A stretch of DNA of 64,000 bases from Actinophytocola sp. (GCF_035942955.1 NZ_DASZCQ010000160.1:18878-82877), one strand, 5' to 3'; shown: positions 19,115-29,583, counted from the stretch's first letter. Notes: generated by a model from the letters alone, not told the origin. Made by a program: numbers and translations.

Positions 19115-20040
19115 GTTCCGCTCCCCTCGCTGGTCAGCTCGGCCACCTTGGCCAGGTCATCGGGCACCTTCAGCGCCACGGTCGGGGTTCCCTTCAGCTC
19201 GCGCTTGGCCAGTCCGGTCAGCGTGCCCGCGGGCGGCAGCTCGGCGATCGCGTCGACGCCCAGCTCCGCCATGGTCGCCATGCAGGCGTCCCACCGCACC
19301 GGGCTGGTGACCTGCGCGACCAGCCGGCCGAGCACCTCGGCGCCGCCGGTCACCGGCCGACCGTCGGCGTTGGACAGCAGGGTCCTGGTCGGATCGGCGA
19401 CCCGGACGTCCTTGGCCCGCTTCTCCATGGCGGCCCGCGCCGGCGCCATGTACCGGGTGTGGAACGCGCCGGCCACCTTCAGTTTGATGATCTTGGACGC
19501 CGGGCGCTCCTTGGCCTCGGCGATCTTGTCAAGCGCGTCAAGCGGACCCGCCGCGACGATCTGCCCCGCGCCGTTGCGGTTGGCGGCCACCAGGTCGAAC
19601 CCGCCCAGCCACGCCTGGACCTCGTCCGGGTCGCCGCCCATCACGGCGGCCATCCCGGTCGGCTCCAGCGCGCACGCGGCCGCCATCTCGCGACCCCGCA
19701 CGGCGGCCAGCGCCACGGCGTCGTCCTGGCCGAGCACCCCGGCCATGGCCGCGGCGGCCAGCTCGCCGACCGAGTGGCCGGCGACGACGACGTCCGCGGG
19801 CAGCGTCACCCGCCGCTCCAGCTCACCGAAGGCGAGCAGCGCAAGAGCCACCACGAGCGGCTGGGTGACGGCGGTGTCCTTGATCTCCTCGGCGTCCGCC
19901 TCGGTGCCGAGGCGGATCAGGTCAAGGCCGGTGAGCTCGGACCACCTGATGACCGTGTCGCGCGCCCCCTCCAGCTCGAGCCAAGGGGAGAGCATGCCGG
20001 GAGACTGGGAGCCCTGACCGGGCGCGAGCAACGCGAGCAC
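19111..20040 (-). CDS. fabD: malonyl CoA-ACP transacylase
   Basis: ORF of 309 aa with 'FPGQGSQ'-like 'APGQGSQSPGM', 'GHSVGELAA' and 'AFHTRYM'. Confidence 0.9.
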   Translation of the reverse strand: MLALLAPGQGSQSPGMLSPWLELEGARDTVIRWSELTGLDLIRLGTEADAEEIKDTAVTQPLVVALALLAFGELERRVTLPADVVVAGHSVGELAAAAMAGVLGQDDAVALAAVRGREMAAACALEPTGMAAVMGGDPDEVQAWLGGFDLVAANRNGAGQIVAAGPLDALDKIAEAKERPASKIIKLKVAGAFHTRYMAPARAAMEKRAKDVRVADPTRTLLSNADGRPVTGGAEVLGRLVAQVTSPVRWDACMATMAELGVDAIAELPPAGTLTGLAKRELKGTPTVALKVPDDLAKVAELTSEGSGT

Positions 20041-20108
20041 CTGTCCACTCTCCCGGCTGCTCCCGGCACCCAGCCATGTCGACAGGTACGAAATCTAGTA
20101 CGGGCGTC

Positions 20109-20125
20109 TTGTAGGTATCCTACAA
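20109..20125. promoter_or_regulatory. palindrome TTGTAGG-TAT-CCTACAA in the fasR-fabD intergenic region (candidate FasR operator / fab promoter element)
   Basis: Read directly; it lies 69 nt upstream of the fabD start, in an AT-richer intergenic patch. Confidence 0.4.
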
Positions 20126-20183
20126 AGGTTACCGTCGCATGAACCTTCTTTACCAAGAAACGTTGTTCACTGCGTACCCCTGG

Positions 20184-21374
20184 CTACCAGATCCCGCGGG
20201 ACCGCGACAGCCGCCCGACCGCCAGCGCCACGCGGAGCACCAGCGCGTCGCGGGGCTGGCTGGCGTTGCAGCCGGTCAGCTCCGCGGCCTTGCGCAACCG
20301 GTAGCGGACCGTGTTCGGGTGGACGAACAGGGTGCGGGCGCAGCTCTCCAGCACGCCGCCGGTCTCAAGGTAAGCCTCGACGGTCTCCAGCAGCCCGCCC
20401 CCGGCCTGCTCGAGGGGTTTGGCGACGCGCTCGATGAGCTGACGCTCCGCCTCCGGGTCGCCGGCAAGCGCCCGCTCGGGCAGCAGGTCGGTCGAGCGCA
20501 CCGGGCGCGGGGCCGCCGGCCAGGCCACCACGGCCCGCAGGCCGGACAGCGCGTCGGCCGCGCTGCGGTGCGCGTCGGCGATGCTCGACACGGTCGGGCC
20601 GGCCACCACCGGCCCGCCGCCGAACGAGTTGCCCATCTTCGCCAGCACCTTGGCGTCGGCCGGCAGCTCGGTCGGGCCGGCGAGCAGCACCACCAGCCGG
20701 GCGCCCTGCACGCCGAGCAGCACCGGCCGACCCACCCTGGCCGCCCGGCTGCGCACCTCGTAGATCACCGTCGGCGGGTCGTCCGACGGCGGGTTGCCGA
20801 CCAGCACCGTGGCCGCCGCCTCCATCTCCCAGCCCAGCGCGGCCGCCCGGGACAGCAGCGACTCCTCGGCGTCGCCGCGCACGATCCCGTCGACCACCGA
20901 GGCCTCCAGCCGGGCGTCCCACGCGCCGCGCGCCTCGGCCGCGCTCGCGTAGGACATGGCCGAGGTGAACGCCACCTCCCGGCCGTAGCGCAGCACCGCC
21001 TCGGACAGGATCTGCCGCTCGGTCTCGTCCGCGGCCAGGTCGGGCACCTGGCGCTCGAACACCTCCAGCGCCACCCGGACCAGCTCCACGGTCTGCCGCA
21101 GGCTGATCCACCGCGACAGATCCTGGGCGTCCGCCCCCCGGAACGCGTCCGCGGTCAGCTTCAACGCCTGACGCTGATCGCGCAGCCACGCGGTGAACCC
21201 GGCCACCCCGGTCTGCGCGATGAACAGCACGCTGGCCCGCTGATCGGCCGGCATCCGGGAGAACCACGGAAACTGCTCGTCCATGGCGGCCACCGCGGCG
21301 GAGGCGAGCTTGCCGGACGCATGATCGAGCGCCCCGAACGTCTCGGCCGACAGCCCACCCGCGGAACCGCTCAT
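20184..21374 (-). CDS. fasR: PucR-family transcriptional regulator, FasR-like (fatty-acid synthesis activator)
   Basis: ORF of 396 aa with the C-terminal PucR HTH 'LFVHPNTVRYRLRKAAELTG'. It sits immediately upstream of fabD, as in Streptomyces fasR. Confidence 0.75.
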   Translation of the reverse strand: MSGSAGGLSAETFGALDHASGKLASAAVAAMDEQFPWFSRMPADQRASVLFIAQTGVAGFTAWLRDQRQALKLTADAFRGADAQDLSRWISLRQTVELVRVALEVFERQVPDLAADETERQILSEAVLRYGREVAFTSAMSYASAAEARGAWDARLEASVVDGIVRGDAEESLLSRAAALGWEMEAAATVLVGNPPSDDPPTVIYEVRSRAARVGRPVLLGVQGARLVVLLAGPTELPADAKVLAKMGNSFGGGPVVAGPTVSSIADAHRSAADALSGLRAVVAWPAAPRPVRSTDLLPERALAGDPEAERQLIERVAKPLEQAGGGLLETVEAYLETGGVLESCARTLFVHPNTVRYRLRKAAELTGCNASQPRDALVLRVALAVGRLSRSRGIW

Positions 21375-21688
21375 AAGGCCAGCGTAGGCGGCCCATCCCG
21401 GTCGAGACCGAACAGGCCGCCTGGCGAACTCGGTGCGCTCGATGCCAGGCGGCCCATCTCCCCGGTCCCCACCGGTTCCTCCACTATGGACGGATATTGA
21501 TCACCGTGCCACCCACGTCCCCCGATCGTGGCATGTCGCCTTGCCCGGCCCCGGGTTCCGGCCGGCATTCGGCGGAGTGTCCAGTGTGGACAAGGAGGCG
21601 CAGAGCCACCCGGGGCGCCGGAGAGAAGCTCGCCAAGCTGAAGCGCGCCGCCGCGCGCTGCGCGCGGCGGCGGCACGCCCCAGCAATT

Positions 21689-21900
21689 GCGACTGCGCTG
21701 CACCCGCATCGGGGTCGGGGAGCGAAGGTGGCCTTCCCTGCGATGGCGGCCGCCTTCGCCTGCCCTACAGGGCTCCCTGCAGCAGGGCGCGGTGTGCGGC
21801 CACCCAGTCGTAGCCGGCGCGTGCGTGCGCCAGCCTCGATTCCGCCAGCAGCGGTCCTGCCACCACAGGATGGTGTCCGCCAAAGAATCGCGGTCGACGG
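21689..21900 (-). pseudogene. degenerate tandem copy of the 3' end (~135 nt, with an internal deletion) plus ~75 nt downstream flank of the phosphotransferase gene at 21991..22725
   Basis: 'gcgactgcg...ggggtcgggg...gcctgccCTAcagggctccctgcagcagggcgcggtgtgcggc' at 21689-21800 matches 21909-22027. The period is 220 bp. Confidence 0.8.
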
Positions 21901-21990
21901 TTCATTCAGCGACTGCGGCGGCTGTGCGCCCGCCGGGGTCGGGGGAGCGGAGGTGGCCTTCCCCGGCGATGAGGGCCGCCTCCGCCTGCC

Positions 21991-22725
21991 TCACAGGGCT
22001 CCCTGCAGCAGGGCGCGGTGTGCGGCGACCCAGTCGTAGGCGGCGTGCACGGCGGCGGACGCGCCGGAGTCGCGCAGGTGCGCCATTGCCGGGTCGCCGT
22101 TGGCCGCGCCGGCCTCGATGCCGCGCCAGCAGCGGTCCTGCCACCACAGGATGGTGTCCACCAGATGGGCCCGGTCGAACGGGCCGTAGGCGTCGCACAT
22201 CGCGCGCAACCGGCTCACGGTCGCGCCGAGGTCGGTCACGGACGGGCCGAGGTCGAGATAGGTCCAGCACATGTGCGCCACGTCGTGCACGCGGTCGCCG
22301 GGCGCGGCGATGTCCCAGTCGATGAAGGCGACGGGGATCAGGCCCCGGCCGCCGTCGTCCCGGTACACCGTGTTCTTGGGCGACAGGTCGTTGTGGCACA
22401 CCACCTCGTGCGGCGCGGCCAGCGAGGTCCCGGCCGTCAGGTCGTGGAACTGGCGGACCAGCCGGGCGACGGTGACCAGGCTCCTGGTCGAGCAGACCCC
22501 GTCCGTCGGTGACCGCCAGGCGACGTAGCCGTCCACGAACGACAGGACCTCGCGGCCGTGAGCGTCCACACCGAGCAGTCGCGGGGCGCCCGGCCATCCG
22601 TGCCGCTCGAAATGCCGCAGCAACCGGTGGACGAACTCGGCGCGGTGCCCCGGCCGGCGGCGCACCGTGTCACCGACCCGGACCACGTCGCTGACGAAGC
22701 CACCGGGCAGCGGAAGCTCGGTCAC
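21991..22725 (-). CDS. aminoglycoside/choline-kinase-type phosphotransferase family protein
   Basis: ORF of 244 aa with the 'VCHNDLSPKN' catalytic loop and 'FIDWDIAAPGDRVHDVA'. Confidence 0.8.
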   Translation of the reverse strand: MTELPLPGGFVSDVVRVGDTVRRRPGHRAEFVHRLLRHFERHGWPGAPRLLGVDAHGREVLSFVDGYVAWRSPTDGVCSTRSLVTVARLVRQFHDLTAGTSLAAPHEVVCHNDLSPKNTVYRDDGGRGLIPVAFIDWDIAAPGDRVHDVAHMCWTYLDLGPSVTDLGATVSRLRAMCDAYGPFDRAHLVDTILWWQDRCWRGIEAGAANGDPAMAHLRDSGASAAVHAAYDWVAAHRALLQGAL

Positions 22726-22737
22726 CGCGGCGGCGGG

Positions 22738-25524
22738 TCAGGCGACGCCGGGGTCGGAGGTCTGCGGACCCGCGGCGGACACGTCGTCGATGCGGTACCG
22801 GCGGGCCGCGTCCACCACCGCCGACCGGTCCACCTCGCCCCGCCGGGCCAGCGCGGCCAGCGTGCCGACCGTGATCGACTCGGCGTCGACGAGGAAGTGC
22901 CGCCGGGCCGCCGGGCGGGTGTCGGAGAAGCCGAACCCGTCGGTGCCGAGCGTGACCATGTCGGTGGGCACCCACGGCCGGATCAGGTCGGGCACCGCAC
23001 GCATCCAGTCCGACACCGCGATCACCGGGCCGGACGCTCCGGCCAGCGTCCTGGTCACGTACGGCACCCGGGGCTCGGCCTCGGGGTGCAGCAGGTTGTG
23101 CCGGTCCACCTCGACGGCGTCCCGGCGCAGCTCCGACCACGACGTGGCGGACCACACGTCGGCCCGCACGCCCCACTCGCCGGCCAGCAGCTCCTGGGCC
23201 TTCAGCGCCGACGGCATGGTCACGCCGGACACCAGGATCTGCGCCCGCGGCCCGTCGCCGTCGGCGGCCGGCCGGTACCGGTAGAGCCCGCGCAGCAACC
23301 CTTCCACGTCGAGGTTCTCCGGCTCGGCCGGCTGGACGTACGGTTCGTTGTAGACGGTCAGGTAGTAGAAGATGTCCTCGGCCTGCTCGCCGTACATCCG
23401 GCGCAGCCCGTCCCGCACGATGTGCGCGATCTCGAACGACCACGCGGGATCGTAGGACACGACCGCCGGGTTGGACGCCGCCAGCAGCAGCGAGTGGCCG
23501 TCGTTGTGCTGCAGCCCCTCGCCGGTCAGCGTGGTCCGCCCGGCGGTGGCGCCCAGCAGGAACCCGCGGGCCTGCTGGTCGGCGGCGGCCCACAGCTCGT
23601 CGCCGGTGCGCTGGAAGCCGAACATCGAGTAGAAGATGTAGATCGGGATCATCGGCTCGCCGTGCGTGGCGTACGCGCTGCCGGCCGCGATGAACGACGC
23701 CGTGGAGCCGGCCTCGTTGATCCCCTCGTGCAGGATCTGGCCCTGCTCGCTCTCCTTGTAGGACAGCATCAGCGACGCGTCGACCGACGTGTACAGCTGG
23801 CCGAGCGGGTTGTAGATCTTCTGGGTCGGGAACATGGAGTCCATGCCGAACGTGCGCGCCTCGTCCGGGATGATCGGCACCAGCCGCGGGCCGACCTCCG
23901 GGTCCTTGGCCAGGTCCCGGACCAGCCGGACGAACGCCATCGTGGTGGCGACCTCCTGCTTGCCCGAGCCGCGCCGGATCACGTCGTAGACCTTGTCGCC
24001 GGGCAGCACCAGCGCCTTGGACTTGCCCCTGCGCTCCGGCACGAACCCGCCGAGCTGGCGGCGCCGCTCCAGCAGGTACTGGATCTCCGGCGCGTCCGGG
24101 CCCGGGTGGTAGTACGGCGGCAGGTACGGGTCGCGCTCGAGGTCGGCGTCGGAGATCGGGATGCGCAGCGTGTCCCGGAACAGCTTCAGGTCGTCCAGCG
24201 CCATCTTCTTCATCTGGTGGGTGGCGTTGCGCGCCTCGAAGTGCGGCCCGAGCCCGTAGCCCTTGATGGTCTTGGCGAGGATCACCGTCGGCTGGCCGTG
24301 GTGCTCGGTGGCCGCCTGGTAGGCCGCGTACACCTTGCGGTAGTCGTGGCCGCCCCGCTTGAGGTTCCAGATGTCCTGGTCGGTCATGTTCGCGACCAGC
24401 TCCTTGGTGCGGGGGTCCCGCCCGAAGAAGTGCTCGCGGACGAACGCGCCGTCGTTGGCCTTGTAGGTCTGGTAGTCGCCGTCCGGGGTGGTGTTCATCA
24501 GGTTGATCAGCGCGCCGTCCCGGTCGGCGTGCAGCAGCGCGTCCCACTCCCGGCCCCAGATCACCTTGATCACGTTCCAGCCGGCGCCCCGGAAGAACGA
24601 CTCCAGCTCCTGGATGATCTTCCCGTTCCCGCGGACCGGCCCGTCGAGCCGCTGCAGGTTGCAGTTGATCACGAACGTGAGGTTGTCCAGGTCCTCGTTG
24701 GCCGCGACCTGGATCAGCCCGCGGGACTCCGGCTCGTCCATCTCGCCGTCGCCGAGGAAGGCCCAGACGCGCTGGTCGGAGGTGTCCCTGATGCCCCGGT
24801 CGTGCAGGTACCGGTTGAACCGCGCCTGGAAGATCGCGTTCATCGGACCGAGCCCCATCGACACGGTGGGGAACTCCCAGAAGTCCGGCATCAGCCGGGG
24901 ATGCGGGTAGGACGGCAGCCCGCCACCAGGGCCGGCGTGCGACAGCTCCTGGCGGAACCCGTCGAGCTGATCGGTGGACAGCCGGCCCTCAAGGAAGGCG
25001 CGAGCGTAGATGCCGGGGGAGGCGTGCCCCTGGATGTAGATCTGGTCGCCGCCGCCCGGGTGGTCCTTGCCGCGGAAGAACCAGTTGAAGCCGACCTCGT
25101 AGAGCGTGGCGGAGGAGGCGTAGGTGGAGATGTGCCCGCCGACGCCGACGCCGGGGCGCTGCGCGCGGTGCACGGTCATGGCCGCGTTCCACCGGATCCA
25201 CGCCCGGTAGCGGCGCTCCACCTCCTCGTCGCCGGGGAACCACGGCTCCCTGTCGGTCGGGATCGTGTTGACGTAGTCCGTGCTGGTCAGCGCCGGTACG
25301 CCGACCCGGCTCTCCCGGGCCCGCTCGAGCAGCCGGAGCATGAGGTACCTGGCGCGCTGCTGCCCGCCGCTGGCGAGCACGCCGTCGAAGGACTCCAGCC
25401 ACTCGGCCGTCTCCTCGGGATCGATGTCCGGGAGGTAGGCCGCCAGCCCGTCGCGGATAACCCGGACCCGCTCCGGTTTGCCGACGCCGCTCGCACTGCT
25501 GTTGGTAGCCAAAGGGATCTCCAT
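22738..25524 (-). CDS. aceE: pyruvate dehydrogenase E1 component (homodimeric type)
   Basis: The start is the internal ATG of ORF 22738..25572. Motifs: '[22 protein letters not shown]', '[10 protein letters not shown]', '[11 protein letters not shown]'. Confidence 0.9.
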   Translation of the reverse strand: MEIPLATNSSASGVGKPERVRVIRDGLAAYLPDIDPEETAEWLESFDGVLASGGQQRARYLMLRLLERARESRVGVPALTSTDYVNTIPTDREPWFPGDEEVERRYRAWIRWNAAMTVHRAQRPGVGVGGHISTYASSATLYEVGFNWFFRGKDHPGGGDQIYIQGHASPGIYARAFLEGRLSTDQLDGFRQELSHAGPGGGLPSYPHPRLMPDFWEFPTVSMGLGPMNAIFQARFNRYLHDRGIRDTSDQRVWAFLGDGEMDEPESRGLIQVAANEDLDNLTFVINCNLQRLDGPVRGNGKIIQELESFFRGAGWNVIKVIWGREWDALLHADRDGALINLMNTTPDGDYQTYKANDGAFVREHFFGRDPRTKELVANMTDQDIWNLKRGGHDYRKVYAAYQAATEHHGQPTVILAKTIKGYGLGPHFEARNATHQMKKMALDDLKLFRDTLRIPISDADLERDPYLPPYYHPGPDAPEIQYLLERRRQLGGFVPERRGKSKALVLPGDKVYDVIRRGSGKQEVATTMAFVRLVRDLAKDPEVGPRLVPIIPDEARTFGMDSMFPTQKIYNPLGQLYTSVDASLMLSYKESEQGQILHEGINEAGSTASFIAAGSAYATHGEPMIPIYIFYSMFGFQRTGDELWAAADQQARGFLLGATAGRTTLTGEGLQHNDGHSLLLAASNPAVVSYDPAWSFEIAHIVRDGLRRMYGEQAEDIFYYLTVYNEPYVQPAEPENLDVEGLLRGLYRYRPAADGDGPRAQILVSGVTMPSALKAQELLAGEWGVRADVWSATSWSELRRDAVEVDRHNLLHPEAEPRVPYVTRTLAGASGPVIAVSDWMRAVPDLIRPWVPTDMVTLGTDGFGFSDTRPAARRHFLVDAESITVGTLAALARRGEVDRSAVVDAARRYRIDDVSAAGPQTSDPGVA

Positions 25525-25742
25525 TGCCTCCGGTGTTGACAACCACGCTACTGCTCCGGCCTGACATGCCAACGTGGTCTCTCTCCATCGTCGTCTTGAT
25601 CGGTCCGGGCGTCATCCCTACCGGCCAGTAGCGCTCGTTCCGGCGAGTAGGTCACGAGTTCCGGCGTGTCGGCGTATGGACGGTTGCGCAGGTGGGCTGT
25701 GCCAGTGTTCGCTGTCGCCAGACCTTGTTTCGCAATGCGCAG

Positions 25743-26189
25743 ATGGAGGAGCAGACCGTGGTCGCCGCGGAAGACGCCGGCAAGATCGGTGTCGCCGAAA
25801 GGCTCGGGATCGAACCGAACATGGTGGTCCAGGAGATCGGTTGGGACGAGGACGTCGACGACGACGTGCGCGCCGCGATCGAGGAGAAGATCGGCGGTGA
25901 CCTCCTCGACGAGGACACCGACGAGGTCGTCGACGTCGTGCTCCTCTGGTGGCGCGAGGACGACGGCGACCTGGTGGACGCCCTGATGGATGCGATCAGC
26001 CCGCTGGCGGAGAACGGTGTGATCTGGGTGCTCACACCGAAGACCGGGCGGCCGGGCCACGTCGAACCGAGCGAGATCGCCGAGGCCGTGCCCACCGCCG
26101 GCCTGGCGCAGACCTCCACCACGAGCATCAGCGACGACTGGACGGCGACCCGGCTGGTCTCTCCCAAGTCGGCCAAGTCGAGGCGCTGA
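25743..26189 (+). CDS. DUF3052 domain-containing protein
   Basis: The start is the internal ATG of ORF 25692..26189, beginning 'LGIEPNMVVQEIGWDEDVDDD'. It is the conserved actinobacterial neighbour of aceE and ahpE. Confidence 0.75.
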   Translation: MEEQTVVAAEDAGKIGVAERLGIEPNMVVQEIGWDEDVDDDVRAAIEEKIGGDLLDEDTDEVVDVVLLWWREDDGDLVDALMDAISPLAENGVIWVLTPKTGRPGHVEPSEIAEAVPTAGLAQTSTTSISDDWTATRLVSPKSAKSRR

Positions 26190-26267
26190 GCACACTCGCG
26201 TCGTGCGCCGTGCCCTAGGCTGGGTTTGGTCGACAATCGGGGCGGACACCGCGGGAGGATCGTGGCC

Positions 26268-26732
26268 ATGGCGGTCGAGGTCGGAACGAAGGCACCGGAC
26301 TTCACCCTCAACGACTACAACAAGCAGCCCGTCACGCTGTCCTCGTTCCAGGGCGCGCAGAACGTGCTGCTCGTCTTCTACCCCTTCGCCTTCAGCCGCA
26401 TCTGCACCGGCGAGCTCTGCCAGGTGCGCGACGAGCTCGCCGACTACACGTCCCGCAACGTCCAGGTCCTCGGCATCTCGGTCGACTCGCCGTTCGCCCT
26501 GAAGGCCTGGGCCGACCAGGAGGGCTACAAGTTCCCGCTGCTCTCCGACTTCTGGCCGCACGGCGCCGTCGCCAAGACCTACGGCGTCTTCAACGACAAA
26601 GCCGGCCTGGCCGTGCGCGGCACCTTCCTGATCGACACCACCGGCACCGTCCGCTACTCCGAAGCCACCTCACCCGGCGAACCCCGCAACCAACAATCCT
26701 GGAAGAACGCCATCGCCTCCCTCACCCCCTGA
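26268..26732 (+). CDS. ahpE: peroxiredoxin (AhpE-like 1-Cys Prx)
   Basis: The start is the internal ATG of ORF 26226..26732, after GGGAGGA. Motifs: 'APDFTL' and the 'FYPFAFSRICTGEL' peroxidatic Cys. Confidence 0.85.
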   Translation: MAVEVGTKAPDFTLNDYNKQPVTLSSFQGAQNVLLVFYPFAFSRICTGELCQVRDELADYTSRNVQVLGISVDSPFALKAWADQEGYKFPLLSDFWPHGAVAKTYGVFNDKAGLAVRGTFLIDTTGTVRYSEATSPGEPRNQQSWKNAIASLTP

Positions 26733-26738
26733 CCCCCG

Positions 26739-26813
26739 GGGCGCATAGCTCAGCGGAAGAGCACTCGGTTTACACCCGAGCGGTCGCAGGTTCAAGTCCT
26801 GCTGCGCCCACCA
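26739..26813 (+). tRNA. tRNA-Val (anticodon TAC), CCA encoded
   Basis: A cloverleaf can be read by hand: GGGCGCA/TGCGCCC acceptor, GCTC-AGCGGAA-GAGC D arm, CTCGG-TTTACAC-CCGAG anticodon arm, GCAGG-TTCAAGT-CCTGC T arm. Confidence 0.9.
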
Positions 26814-26894
26814 TCACGTCGTGACTCCAACCCCGTCCCGCAAGGGCCGGGGCCAACACCTGACAGATCAGCCTGCCCGCTGGCTATCTGGAGT

Positions 26895-27023
26895 ATGCCG
26901 CTGGCGGACCGGTTGGTTGACGATCCGGTGGCGGTAGGCACGCTGACGGAACGGTTCGCCGTGCTGAGAAATCAGGCCATGTCCGAGCACGACAGCATGG
27001 ACTTCATCAGAGGATGGGCATGA
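26895..27023 (+). pseudogene. short remnant ORF (42 aa), possibly the C-terminus of an XRE/DUF5753-type regulator
   Basis: '...RNQAMSEHDSMDFIRGWA*' sits directly upstream of a DUF397 remnant. That pairing is typical of actinomycetes. Confidence 0.3.
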
Positions 27024-27038
27024 AAGAAGGCGAGCACA

Positions 27039-27128
27039 ATGGAACAGACAGAGCCGCGCTGGCGGAAGTCGAGTCGCAGTGGGCCGGATAACCAGTACAT
27101 TGAGGTGAGCTCAGCAAGATCGGCTTGA
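27039..27128 (+). pseudogene. truncated DUF397 gene (29 aa)
   Basis: 'MEQTEPRWRKSSRSGPDNQYIEVSS' matches the DUF397 core W(R/K)KSS.S....C.EV. The Cys is replaced and there is an early stop. Confidence 0.5.
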
Positions 27129-27386
27129 GGTAAGCGGTTCTGCCTGTGTCTGTGGGGATGGCTGGCTTAGCGGCTTGATTTGGCCGCACCTGACGGTTTG
27201 ATTGGCCCCACCTGGAGGGTTGACGGGAGCGCTACCCGGTCTACCTCAGGGCGTCGTCGAGCGGCGCCGCGAGCTGGACACGACCATCGCCGCCGATCGC
27301 GCACTGATGGACCGCATCGCCGACCTCCAGGCGGCGCACCTCCACCAGCTCGCCGCGCTCCCGACGGCCGCCCGCCCGGCCAGCAC

Positions 27387-28376
27387 CTAGCTCTTCGGGC
27401 TCCCCGGGCTTTCCGGCGCGACGGTGATCACGACGTTGCCGATCTTCTGTCCGGTCTCGACGTACCGGTAGGCGTCGACGATCCGGTCCAGCGGGTACCG
27501 CCGGTCGATGACCGGCTTGAACTTCCCGGACTCGATCAGCTCCCGCAGGTGGCGCACGATGGCCTGGTCGTTCCGCGGGAACGGGAACTTGACCTTCCTA
27601 CCGCGCAGCAGCGGGGTGACCAATGCCAGCATCGGGTTCTGGGCCCAGGGACCCAGCTCAGCGGACACGTACACCCCGCCGGGCTTGAGCAGCCGTTTGC
27701 AGCGGCCGAACGTGCTCTTGCCCACCGCGTCGTACACCGCGTCGTAGGTCTGCTCGTCGGCGGTGAAGTCCCCGGCGGTGTAGTCGACGACCCGGTCGGC
27801 GCCCAACCCCCGCACCAGCGCCAGGTTCTCGGTGGCACACACCGCGGTCACGGTGACGTCGAGACTCTTCAACAACTGCACGGCCGCCGAACCGATCCCA
27901 CCGGTCGCGCCGTAGACGAGGACGTCGTGCCCGGCCCGGGTTCCCGCGTGCCTGATGCACGCGAGCGCGTAGTGCGCACCCTCGGTCGCGGGCGCGATCT
28001 GCTCGAAGGTGACCCCCTCCGGCACGGTCGCGATCGAACCGTCCTGCGGCACCGAAAGGTACTCGGCGTGCGCGCCGAACGCTCCCTCGTTGTACCCGAA
28101 CACCCGCTCGCCGACCGCGAACGACGTGACATCGCGGCCAACCGCCTCGACCACACCGGCGAACTCGGTCCCCATGATCGTCCGCCGGGGTCGGGTGAGG
28201 CCGGTCAGTAGTCGCATGAAGAAGGGCCTGGCCGCCCGGTAGGCGCAGTCCGTCCGGTTCACCGTCGTCGCGTACACCCGGACGAGCACGTCCCGGTCCC
28301 CCACCGCCGGCCGGTCCACCTCCCGAATCCGCACGACCTCCGGCGGCCCGTACCTGGTATGCACCGCAGCCTTCAC
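27387..28376 (-). CDS. NAD(P)H-dependent medium-chain (zinc-type/quinone) oxidoreductase
   Basis: ORF of 329 aa with 'VLVRVYATTVNRTD', 'VLVYGATGGIGSAAVQL', and a C-terminal 'GKIGNVVI'. Confidence 0.85.
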   Translation of the reverse strand: MKAAVHTRYGPPEVVRIREVDRPAVGDRDVLVRVYATTVNRTDCAYRAARPFFMRLLTGLTRPRRTIMGTEFAGVVEAVGRDVTSFAVGERVFGYNEGAFGAHAEYLSVPQDGSIATVPEGVTFEQIAPATEGAHYALACIRHAGTRAGHDVLVYGATGGIGSAAVQLLKSLDVTVTAVCATENLALVRGLGADRVVDYTAGDFTADEQTYDAVYDAVGKSTFGRCKRLLKPGGVYVSAELGPWAQNPMLALVTPLLRGRKVKFPFPRNDQAIVRHLRELIESGKFKPVIDRRYPLDRIVDAYRYVETGQKIGNVVITVAPESPGSPKS

Positions 28377-28518
28377 CGCGCAACGATAGCGCCGCCCCAG
28401 GTCAGGCTCGCTGGATGCTCGAGAAGTACCGTGTCCAGCTTCGGGCCCAGCAGCTCGGCACCGCGCAGACGCATCAGCGATGCCCGCATCCGCACGATGC
28501 TCCAGTCCGTAGCCGGCC

Positions 28519-29247
28519 CTACTCAGGGCCCCGTGCCTCGATCAGGTCGAGGTCGCGGACGCAGAAGCGGTGGTGCTCGAAGGTCTCGTTGAGCACCGTG
28601 GCGACGCACTGCCGCACCGAGCGGCCCCGGGCGTACGGCGGCCAGACATCGTCGTCGGGCACCGGCGCTGGCGCTGCGAGCTGCACAGCGGTGACCTCGT
28701 CGAGCCAGGCCTCGAGCTCGGCGGCCTGTGCGTCACGCACGCTGATGATCTCGTCGAGGGCCGGATCGAGCGAGAGGTCAAGCCCGTGCGCTCCACGGTA
28801 GGGCTCGACGGTCGTCCCGATGCCCATCGGCGTGAACAGCTCCGTCGAGCCCAGGCAGCAGCGGCGGAACCACGAGTCGTGGACGAAGACCAGGTGGCGC
28901 ATCGTCTGCACCGCCGACCACTCGTCGTTCACGCTGCGGCGCTCGATGCCGGGCGTACGGCGGATTCGCTCGATCGTGGCGGCCCAGCCGGCATGGAGCT
29001 GACGCGCTGCCTCGCGCAGATCGGCAGGGTCCTCGGAGCGGATCAGCACCCGCACCGGATGACGCCGGTCGAGCTCCGCCTCGACGTACTCGGTGACCTC
29101 GACACCGTTCACCACGAGATTGGTGATGAGCCCGTCGATCACGGCATCCTGCATGACGACGCCGATCAGGCGTGCCCCGGTCAGATCGCACTCGCGGAAC
29201 TCCACACCGGACAGATCCTCGTCGACATACCGGGTCATGCTCCGCAT
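28519..29247 (-). CDS. DinB-family protein with N-terminal pentapeptide-repeat segment
   Basis: From ORF 28519..29382; the start is uncertain (ATG at 29247 or 29238). Motifs: 'DLSGVEFRECDLTGARLIGV' and the DinB-like 'WSAVQTMRHLVFVHDSW'. Confidence 0.6.
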   Translation of the reverse strand: MRSMTRYVDEDLSGVEFRECDLTGARLIGVVMQDAVIDGLITNLVVNGVEVTEYVEAELDRRHPVRVLIRSEDPADLREAARQLHAGWAATIERIRRTPGIERRSVNDEWSAVQTMRHLVFVHDSWFRRCCLGSTELFTPMGIGTTVEPYRGAHGLDLSLDPALDEIISVRDAQAAELEAWLDEVTAVQLAAPAPVPDDDVWPPYARGRSVRQCVATVLNETFEHHRFCVRDLDLIEARGPE

Positions 29248-29583
29248 ACTAGGTCCGAGCACCGACAAGTCAGCCTCCCGGCTTGATACGGCCTCTTCCA
29301 GATCCTGACCGAGCGCGAAGAACGCCACAGCTTCGCGATCGCCTCCAACGAATCCTTCTGGCGGATGGACCAAGACCTTCACCGATCCACACTTGTGCGC
29401 GGGCCATCGTCGACCGGCTCACCTACGGCGGCAACATCATCGAGATCGGCACACCCCCTACCGCCTTGCCCAGACCCGCTCCCGTGGCGTTGCTCAGCGT
29501 CGCTCAGCCGGTGGGCCAGTGCCTGGCTCCGACGCTCCGGTGAGCGCACGCTACGTACCGATGGCTGCTCATCGCCGCTGGCG

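Noticed and set aside
22558-25539. A very long antisense ORF (993 aa) opposite aceE. Similar cases are 2444..4405, 15056..16510, 16335..17843, 19105..20142, 36801..38006 and 57328..59004.
   Set aside because: The products are rich in Arg/Gly/Pro/Ala and low in complexity, with no recognisable motifs. Each lies opposite a gene with strong family signatures. These are typical stop-codon-poor antisense frames of high-GC DNA.
27202-27390. A 62-aa ORF with a coiled-coil-like segment, plus the nearby direct repeat 'TTGATTTGGCCGCACCTG / TTGATTGGCCCCACCTG' (27174-27213).
   Set aside because: The ORF has no start context or family signature and is probably a gene scrap in the decayed island. The repeat is short and imperfect, so I have only noted it.
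29394-29460. An IS21 IstB-like C-terminal fragment ('AIVDRLTYGGNIIEIG').
   Set aside because: Only ~16 residues resemble the family, which is too short to call as a feature. I mention it only as supporting context for the island boundary.
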